Part shown: in pieces, positions 1-6,055 of the stretch
Layout of the letters: the number at the start of each line of letters is the position of its first letter
Numbering within the stretch: the stretch's first letter is position 1
DNA from: Pseudomonadota bacterium
GTDB taxonomy: Bacteria > Myxococcota > JACRCW01 > JAFGSX01
Assembly (NCBI GenBank): GCA_043821645.1
Contig: JBDRCO010000035.1
Coordinates: 1-11,469 of the forward strand
DNA length: 11,469 nucleotides
Reading direction: 5' to 3'
Made by a program: the position numbers and the translations under genes
Notes under the pieces: generated by a model
Told to the model about the DNA's origin: nothing
Database searches by the model: none
What the model saw: only the letters and a program-made list of their open reading frames with translations

Positions 1-239
1 AGCACCGCGGTGACGTCGGACGAGCCCACCACCTGCACCCCCTGGGGGATCAGCGGTGTCAGCTCGCTCAAGAAGACCTCATCCAGGATCTTGCCGCTCT
101 TTTCGTCCAGGCCCTGGGCCAGCTGAAAGGGCAGCACCACCATGTGCTGGATCTTGGGCGAGGCAGAGGGGGGCTGAGCACGCAGCGGAAGCGCCAAGAG
201 AATGGGGGCGACCCAGGGCAGGGCAAGCATGGCTTTCAT
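1..239 (-). CDS. Partial CDS (continues past the left edge): secreted protein with a probable TolB_N/CsgG-like alpha/beta N-terminal domain
   Basis: Manual translation from ATG at 239: MKAMLALPWVAPILLALPLRAQPPSASPKIQHMVVLPFQLAQGLDEKSGKILDEVFLSELTPLIPQGVQVVGSSDVTAVL..., open to the edge. A GAGGT Shine-Dalgarno lies just upstream. It has a signal-peptide-like N-terminus and a VVLPF-helix-VVG pattern recalling TolB_N/CsgG-like domains. Not in the ORF track; the family call is inference. Confidence 0.75.
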   Translation of the reverse strand, partial: MKAMLALPWVAPILLALPLRAQPPSASPKIQHMVVLPFQLAQGLDEKSGKILDEVFLSELTPLIPQGVQVVGSSDVTAV

Positions 240-339
240 GGCAACCTCGAATGCATGGCTCTGCGCGCTACGATAGTCTTCGCCCTCGGACCCAGCAAGT
301 GAGGCAGATCACGGGGCAGCCCCGAACGTTGGATGGATC

Positions 340-1110
340 ATGAGCCATCACCCCTGCAGCCTAACATCCGTTCGTGGCGCGGTCCTGCTCACGCTCCTCA
401 CCTGGCCCCTCGGGGTCGCTGCTGCCGACCTGGACACCGCACCCCGGGTGCGCGCTGCGCGCCAGCACCTGGGCCAGACCCCGCAGCAACTGTTCCAGGC
501 CAAGGGGCTCGACTATCCACCTGCCCAGCTTTACCTGCGCGCCTTCAAGCACGAAAGCCAGCTCGAGCTGTGGGCGGGGCCAGCACAGCAGCCGCTGGTC
601 CTGGTCAAGACCTACCCCATCTGCGCGCGCTCAGGCGAGCTCGGTCCCAAGCGCCAGCGCGGCGACCTGCAGGTGCCCGAGGGCTTCTACGTCATCGATC
701 GCTTCAACCCCACCAGCACCTACCACCTGTCGCTGCGCGTCAGCTACCCCAACGCCCTGGACCGCGCGCTCAAGACCGCCCGCGATCCCGGCGGCGACAT
801 CTACATCCACGGATCCTGCGTGACCATAGGCTGCCTGCCCCTCGAGGATGGCCCCATCGAGGAGCTTTTTGTGATCCTGCTCGACCACAAGGCGGCGACC
901 GGGCGCGCCGTCCCCGTGCACATCTTCCCCACACGCATGGACGAGACCGGCATGGCACGACTGCAGCAGCTGGCAGACCAGGGAAGTCCCTACCAGCCCT
1001 TCTGGCTCGACCTTCAACCCGCGTACACCCTGTTCGAGAAGACACGGCGCGTTCCGTCGACAAGACCCGATCTGGTCGGCAAGAAATACCGGGTGCGTGC
1101 AGGGCCTTGA
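340..1110 (+). CDS. YkuD (L,D-transpeptidase) family protein, YafK/LdtF/DpaA-like peptidoglycan-modifying enzyme
   Basis: Motifs RAFKHESQLELW, KTYPICARSGELGPK, GDLQVPEGFY, NPTSTYHLSLRVSYPNALDR and catalytic IYIHGSCVTIGC match the YafK subfamily pattern. Hydrophobic signal peptide ending VAAA. Confidence 0.9.
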   Translation: MSHHPCSLTSVRGAVLLTLLTWPLGVAAADLDTAPRVRAARQHLGQTPQQLFQAKGLDYPPAQLYLRAFKHESQLELWAGPAQQPLVLVKTYPICARSGELGPKRQRGDLQVPEGFYVIDRFNPTSTYHLSLRVSYPNALDRALKTARDPGGDIYIHGSCVTIGCLPLEDGPIEELFVILLDHKAATGRAVPVHIFPTRMDETGMARLQQLADQGSPYQPFWLDLQPAYTLFEKTRRVPSTRPDLVGKKYRVRAGP

Positions 1111-1179
1111 ATTCGCCAAGCGTGCTCGCCTGTGGCAGACTCGGAGCACGGGCCTCGCGCCCGACAACGGGAGTATGTC

Positions 1180-2442
1180 ATGCGCTGTATGCTGTGCAGA
1201 CTCGTGCTGTTGGCGGTGGTGGCGACTGCTGCCTGCACGACCCCTGAGGGTGAGTGCTTCAAGAACCAGGACTGCCCCACGGGCGAGCTGTGCAATCGCG
1301 ACAACACCTGCGTGCCCCTGGTGGTCCCGCCACCTACCGATGCCGGGCGCCGCGATCGCATCGTTGGCGTCGACACCTTCGATGCCGGCCCCGAAGATGC
1401 TGCCCGCGAAGATGGTCCTCTCGACGCCGCTGCACACTCGGATCTGGCCCGACGTGACACAACCTCACCCCGCGACGCCGCGCAGCCAGACACCGCTCCC
1501 AGCCAGGTGGACGCGATGAGCGTGTGTCAGCATCCTGCAGCCCTGGCCCTGTCAGCAGATCAGGCCTCGCTTTTCGTGGGTTGCCAGGGGGATGACCGCA
1601 TCCAGGTGTACGGGAGCATCGCCGGACAGCTCATCCGGAACCTGACCAGCCTCGCCACACCCTGCCAACCCGCGGCCTTGCACCTGCGCGAAGACAAATC
1701 CCAGCTCTGGGTATCGTGCCAGGCCAACCCCCAGGCCAAGGTGCTCAACGTGAGCCCCACCACGGGTCTGGCCAACCAACCCGCGTTCACCAGCTCCGCC
1801 TCGCCCCGGGCACGCTTCGCCTCGGGCAGCGACCGCCTGGTCATGGTCACGGTGGGTTCGCAATCCTACTCGTTGATGAATATCGGCTTGACCTTTGCGG
1901 TGGAGGTGGGAGCGGCGCTGATCCTGGGCGGCGGAGGCGTGGCCGTCCGCTCCGATGGCAGCACCATCTACTTCACCCAGACCTCGACCACGGCCAATAA
2001 CATCTACTGCATCGACCAGGGCAACGGGCCCGTGGCCTGCAACCTGTTCACACCCTTCTCCGTTGCCAACTTGCTGACCATCAGCCCGGGGTCGACCAGC
2101 TTGCCAAGCACAGCCCGCAACGTGCTGCTCGTCGCCAACGCCCAGAGCTTCATCCGGCTCAACCAGAACGGCCAGGTCGCGCCACAGGTCAACATCGGGC
2201 AGGGCCAGACCCGCAACATGACCGTGCAGCCTGACGGACGCTTCTTCTACCTTGGCGTCTTCAACACCCTCACCAGTGCCAGCCGGGTGCTGCAGATCAC
2301 CAGCGACACCGCCGTGGCCGTGCAGGCCGCGACGGAGCAGAGCCTGTCCAGTTGCGAGCTCACAGATCTGGCCGCCGCGGATGACGGACGCGTCTTCGTC
2401 TCCTGCACCAACAACAACACGGTGCAGGTGCTGCAGTTCTGA
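1180..2442 (+). CDS. Putative lipoprotein: Cys-rich module, Asp/Ala-rich linker and YVTN/YncE-like beta-propeller
   Basis: ATG at 1180 has GGGAG at 1169-1173 and is preferred over the track start at 1132. MRCMLCRLVLLAVVATAAC gives a lipobox-like Cys19. C-x5-C-x5-C-x5-C at residues 26-44. Blade-like repeats include PAALALSADQASLFVGC, PAALHLREDKSQLWVSC, GVAVRSDGSTIYFT, NMTVQPDGRFFYLG and DLAAADDGRVFVSC. Confidence 0.8.
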   Translation: MRCMLCRLVLLAVVATAACTTPEGECFKNQDCPTGELCNRDNTCVPLVVPPPTDAGRRDRIVGVDTFDAGPEDAAREDGPLDAAAHSDLARRDTTSPRDAAQPDTAPSQVDAMSVCQHPAALALSADQASLFVGCQGDDRIQVYGSIAGQLIRNLTSLATPCQPAALHLREDKSQLWVSCQANPQAKVLNVSPTTGLANQPAFTSSASPRARFASGSDRLVMVTVGSQSYSLMNIGLTFAVEVGAALILGGGGVAVRSDGSTIYFTQTSTTANNIYCIDQGNGPVACNLFTPFSVANLLTISPGSTSLPSTARNVLLVANAQSFIRLNQNGQVAPQVNIGQGQTRNMTVQPDGRFFYLGVFNTLTSASRVLQITSDTAVAVQAATEQSLSSCELTDLAAADDGRVFVSCTNNNTVQVLQF

Positions 2443-2455
2443 CCCCTGCACGACC

Positions 2456-3196
2456 ATGGTGACCAAGCAGAGGATCGATCAGTTGCTGGTCGACCGCGGT
2501 CTCGCCGAGACCCGGAACCGCGCCCAGGCCCTGGTGCTGGCCGGTGAGGTGTACAGCGGTACCCAGCGCCTGGACAAGCCAGGCACACGCATCTTGGTCG
2601 ACGCGGCGCTCGAGGTGCGCGCGCGCAGCCCACGCTACGCCTCCCGCGCGGGCGGCAAGCTGGTGGCAGCCCTCGATACCTTCTCGGTGACCGTCGACGG
2701 GCGGGTGGCACTGGATGCCGGTGCCTCGACCGGGGGCTTCGTGGGTGTACTGCTCGAGCGCGGGGCCCGCCGCGTCTATGCCGTGGATGTCGGCTACGGC
2801 CAGCTCGATCTCAAGCTGCGCGAGGACCCTCGGGTCGTGGTCCGCGATCGGGTCAACGTGCGCCATCTGACCGCGGAGCAGGTGCCGGAGCCCATCGAGC
2901 TGGTCACCCTGGACCTGTCCTTCATCTCCCTGACCAAGGTGCTACCGGCCCTGGTCCCGCTCGTCGTCGACGGCGGCACCCTCGTCTGCCTGGTCAAGCC
3001 GCAGTTCGAAGTGGGCCGTGCACGGGTGGGCAAAGGCGGCATCGTCCGCGACGAGCAGGCCCGGCAGTCCGCCCTCACCACCGTCGCCGAGTGTGCGATC
3101 GGGCTCGGCCTGAAGCAGGTCGGACACCTCGACTCCCCGGTGCACGGCGCCACCGGCAATGTCGAGATGCTGCTGGTGCTGGAAAAGAAGAGCTAG
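2456..3196 (+). CDS. tlyA: TlyA family rRNA (cytidine-2'-O)-methyltransferase (S4 domain plus FtsJ-like methyltransferase)
   Basis: N-terminus KQRIDQLLVDRGLAETRNRAQALVLAGEV (S4 domain); YASRAGGKL, LDAGASTGGF, VYAVDVGYGQL, DLSFISL, LVKPQFE and GNVEML supply the K-D-K-E tetrad. Start at ATG 2456; the track start at 2252 is over-extended into the upstream gene. Confidence 0.95.
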   Translation: MVTKQRIDQLLVDRGLAETRNRAQALVLAGEVYSGTQRLDKPGTRILVDAALEVRARSPRYASRAGGKLVAALDTFSVTVDGRVALDAGASTGGFVGVLLERGARRVYAVDVGYGQLDLKLREDPRVVVRDRVNVRHLTAEQVPEPIELVTLDLSFISLTKVLPALVPLVVDGGTLVCLVKPQFEVGRARVGKGGIVRDEQARQSALTTVAECAIGLGLKQVGHLDSPVHGATGNVEMLLVLEKKS

Positions 3197-3200
3197 ACCC

Positions 3201-3224
3201 GTCACGCCTGCTGGCGGGCGAGAC
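3201..3224. terminator. Possible hairpin between the convergent tlyA and orphan gene
   Basis: GTC-A-CGCCTG-ctgg-CGGGCG-A-GAC: 9 pairs on the + strand including one G-U, with an A/A mismatch. No U-tract. Confidence 0.3.
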
Positions 3225-3231
3225 CTGACTC

Positions 3232-4923
3232 TCAGTCCTGGAGGCTGCGCAGGTCTCCGCGACGCTCGGTGATCTTGCTGCTCACGTAGCGGTCGTGGCG
3301 CTGGTACTCGGGCTCGACCCGGCCCTTGATCTGGTTGAGCTGTCCGTCCAGGCGCCGCAGCTGGTGCTGGATACGGTCCACCTGCGAGCTGTCGTAGCTC
3401 CACGGACCGAACGAGGACATCTCGCCCCAGAAGCCGCCGATCTCGTCGTCGACCAGGCGCAGGTCCGAGGAGCCGCCCTCGAGATTGCGCAGGGCGCGCT
3501 CGAGGCCGGGCAGCTTGGCGTTGACATCGATGACCTCGCGCTCGGCGCTGGAGGTGGCCCAGCGCGCCTGATTCACTGCGTTGTCGTAGTCGCTCTGCCA
3601 GGACTGGTGGGCAGAGGTCTCGCGGGTGGTCTCGTCGTAGCCATCCTGTACTTGCTGGCCGTCCCGGTACACATAGCGCGGCTCGCGCACGGTTTCGAAC
3701 TCGACCGGCTCGCTGGAGCGCAGGTAGTTGCGTCGGGAGATCCAGTGCTCCGCGTCGTCGAGGTGGCCCTGGGCGTCGTCGGTGGCGCGCAGTACGTCGT
3801 TGACCCCCTCGTGCGCCGGCTTGAGCTTGTCGTACTGGGTGCGCATGCTCAGGTATTCTGGGCTCTCGAGCTTGAGCAACTCGCTGACCTCGTCTTGGGT
3901 GCGCTGCTCGCCTTGCCCGCGCACGCCCTCGAGTTCGTTGACGAGGGCCCCCGCCGACTGGTTCATGTCCTTGCCGGCGCGGTACAGGGCGCCCTTGTCG
4001 CTCTCGCCACCAATGACCACGTCGAGCCACTTCCAGCGCTGGTGCCAGGCCACCTCCTGGGAGAAGTTGTCGACGTCGGTGTTGACCGCGTTCTTGTCCA
4101 GGTGCGCGCGGTCCACGACGCGGCCCAGCTTGTCCTGCTCCTTGACCAGACCGCTGACGGCCTTCTCGCGGCTCGGCGTGGCGCCCTCGCTGTGCGAGAT
4201 CTTCGACGCCGCACTGGAGATGCGGCCGCTCCAGGTCGATGGATTCATCTCGGGATTGGCGTCCTGGCCGGTGCGCAGGGCCAGGTGGGCACCCGAGCGA
4301 AAGGCCTTGCTGGTGCTCAGCCTGTCCTCGACCTCGCCGACCTGGCTGCGCAGCTCGCGCACCTCCTTGGGCGAGAAGATGCCGACGTTCTTCTCAAACC
4401 AGTTGAGGTGCGTCTCCTTGCCTGCGAGCTCGCCCTGCAGCTGGCCCAGCTGCGCCTGGTCGCGCTCGATGGCCGGGGTCAGCTCGTCGGCGATGCTCTT
4501 GAACTCTCCGGCCAGGCCCGAGATCGCCTTGGGATCCTTGTGGATCTGACGGGCTGCGCGGTTGAAGCGCACCTCGATCTGGTCGAGGTTGACCGCAGGT
4601 CCGCCGTCGCCGGTGGCGCCTATCTTGCTCTGCAGCAGCAAGCCCAGGGCGTTGAGAGCCTTGCCCGCCTTGGTGTCCTGGCCCCCCTCCTTGAGGGTGA
4701 TGGCCTCACCACTGGAACCTCGCTGGTAGCTGTCAGCGACCTTGAAGGCCTCGCCCGCATCGATGCTGCCATCGCCGTTGAGGTCGGCCCGGCGCAGATC
4801 GTCGACGTGCACGCCGCCCTGTTCCAGGGCTGCCTTCTTGCTTGGGCTGTTCTGGACGTCGTCGAGCTTGAAGCTCTTGCCCGCGTGCTGACCCTCGAAC
4901 TGGTTGCGGCGAATGGAGGTCAT
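3232..4923 (-). CDS. Hypothetical 563-aa protein with an N-terminal EF-hand loop and a long alpha-helical/coiled-coil body
   Basis: AAGGGG Shine-Dalgarno 6 nt before the ATG, GC-rich third codon positions and protein-like composition. DLNGDGSIDAGE (residues 47-58) fits the 12-residue EF-hand loop. Heptad-like segments are present; no Cys, signal peptide or long hydrophobic segment. Confidence 0.85.
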   Translation of the reverse strand: MTSIRRNQFEGQHAGKSFKLDDVQNSPSKKAALEQGGVHVDDLRRADLNGDGSIDAGEAFKVADSYQRGSSGEAITLKEGGQDTKAGKALNALGLLLQSKIGATGDGGPAVNLDQIEVRFNRAARQIHKDPKAISGLAGEFKSIADELTPAIERDQAQLGQLQGELAGKETHLNWFEKNVGIFSPKEVRELRSQVGEVEDRLSTSKAFRSGAHLALRTGQDANPEMNPSTWSGRISSAASKISHSEGATPSREKAVSGLVKEQDKLGRVVDRAHLDKNAVNTDVDNFSQEVAWHQRWKWLDVVIGGESDKGALYRAGKDMNQSAGALVNELEGVRGQGEQRTQDEVSELLKLESPEYLSMRTQYDKLKPAHEGVNDVLRATDDAQGHLDDAEHWISRRNYLRSSEPVEFETVREPRYVYRDGQQVQDGYDETTRETSAHQSWQSDYDNAVNQARWATSSAEREVIDVNAKLPGLERALRNLEGGSSDLRLVDDEIGGFWGEMSSFGPWSYDSSQVDRIQHQLRRLDGQLNQIKGRVEPEYQRHDRYVSSKITERRGDLRSLQD

Positions 4924-4940
4924 GACACACCCCTTGCACA

Positions 4941-4971
4941 GCCGGAACCTCCGGCCTCAGGGACCATATCA
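4941..4971 (-). promoter_or_regulatory. Candidate extended -10 promoter followed by a 5'-leader hairpin for the orphan gene
   Basis: The minus strand reads TGaTATGGT (4971-4963, TGn-TANNNT), then a perfect GCCGGA-ggt-TCCGGC hairpin (4955-4941), then the Shine-Dalgarno and ATG. Confidence 0.4.
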
Positions 4972-5096
4972 ATGGAGGGCCAAATTTGCTGGCAGGATCC
5001 GGGGCCAGGCCGTCTTGCTGTTTCTGCGGCGCCTCCCACCCGCAGGACCACCAGCGTCACGGTACGAGCGGGGCACATGCAGGCGCTTTTCGCCGC

Positions 5097-5125
5097 GTGA
5101 CCTGGGCGTGACGGCGCCTTATCGT
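5097..5125 (+). promoter_or_regulatory. Candidate sigma70-type promoter for the radical SAM gene (likely leaderless)
   Basis: GTGACC (5097-5102), 17-nt spacer, TATCGT (5120-5125). The -10 lies 5 nt before GTG 5131 and 8 nt before ATG 5134; no Shine-Dalgarno is visible. Confidence 0.45.
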
Positions 5126-5133
5126 GCTGTGTG

Positions 5134-6018
5134 ATGGACGCCGCCATTGTCTACGACGAGCCCCTGTTCAGGCCGCCCTCCGAGTGGCGCAGCCTGATCC
5201 TGCAGCTCACCCTGGGCTGCTCGCACAACCGCTGCAGCTTCTGCGGCATGTACCGCATGAAGCGCTTTCGCATTCGCCCGCTCGCCGAGGTGCAAGCCGA
5301 GATCGATGCCATTGCCCGCGTGGCGGCGGATCAGGTGGACAGGGTGTTCCTGGCCGACGGCGATGCGCTGGTGATCAAGCCGCGCACCTTGCTCACGGTG
5401 CTGGCCCACCTGCGCACACACTTTCCGCGGCTGCGCCGCATCAACGCCTACGCCACCCCACAGAACCTGCTGGTCAAGACCGAGGAGCAGCTCGCGGCGC
5501 TCCACGAGGCCGGGCTGAACATGCTGTACGTGGGACTGGAAAGCGGCGACGGCGACATCCTCGCAGCCATCGACAAGGGCGTCGATCCGGCACAGTTCGT
5601 CGAGGCCTGTGCCCGGGCACACCGTGCGGGCTTCAAGCTGTCGCTCACCGTGCTCAACAACCTGGTGGCACCTGCGCGCTCGGCCGGGCACGTGCGCGGC
5701 ACCGTCGAGGTGGTCAATGCCGTGCACCCGGCCTATCTCGCGTGCCTGACCCTGATCCCGGGCCCCATGGCACTGCACCACGCCGCGGCCACGGGCTGGC
5801 GCAGCATGCGCGATCGCGAGGTGTGCGAGGAGATCGCGGCCCTGTTGCGAGGGCTCGACGTCGACGGTACGGAGTTCCGGGCCAACCACGCCAGCAATGC
5901 CTTGCCGCTGCAGGGCCGGCTCAACCGCGACCGCGAGCGCCTGCTCGGCCAGCTCGATCGCGCCATCGAAGACCCCGCCAGCGACGGACTGCGACCGCTG
6001 TGGATGCGGAGACTGTGA
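5134..6018 (+). CDS. Stand-alone radical SAM protein of unknown substrate
   Basis: CxxxCxxC motif GCSHNRCSFCGMY preceded by YDEPLFRPPSE; also RVFLADGDAL, LYVGLESG and FRANHASN. No N-terminal B12-binding domain and no C-terminal SPASM cysteines. The start could be GTG 5131. Confidence 0.92.
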   Translation: MDAAIVYDEPLFRPPSEWRSLILQLTLGCSHNRCSFCGMYRMKRFRIRPLAEVQAEIDAIARVAADQVDRVFLADGDALVIKPRTLLTVLAHLRTHFPRLRRINAYATPQNLLVKTEEQLAALHEAGLNMLYVGLESGDGDILAAIDKGVDPAQFVEACARAHRAGFKLSLTVLNNLVAPARSAGHVRGTVEVVNAVHPAYLACLTLIPGPMALHHAAATGWRSMRDREVCEEIAALLRGLDVDGTEFRANHASNALPLQGRLNRDRERLLGQLDRAIEDPASDGLRPLWMRRL

Positions 6019-6055
6019 GCGCGGACCCGAGCCGACGCATGCTCGAGCCTGGCCG

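Noticed and set aside
56..1247. Arg/Pro-rich alternative-frame ORFs (56..343, 333..1247; similar ones occur across the window)
   Set aside because: Composition is typical of off-frame translation of GC-rich DNA, and they overlap better-supported genes.
2252..2455. N-terminal extension of TlyA in the ORF track
   Set aside because: Overlaps the upstream lipoprotein gene in another frame; TlyA homology begins at MVTKQRID (2456).
4992..5007. Possible sigma54 promoter on the - strand (TGGCCCCGGATCCTGC)
   Set aside because: The GG-to-GC spacing is one base longer than the strict -24/-12 requirement.
3295..5100. 601-aa + strand ORF
   Set aside because: Antisense shadow of the 563-aa gene; its L/V/A/G-rich composition is typical of reverse-complement frames, whereas the - strand has the Shine-Dalgarno and EF-hand.
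6028..6045. CGAGC-N8-GCTCG hairpin between convergent genes
   Set aside because: Only a 5-bp stem with no U-tract; too weak to call a terminator.
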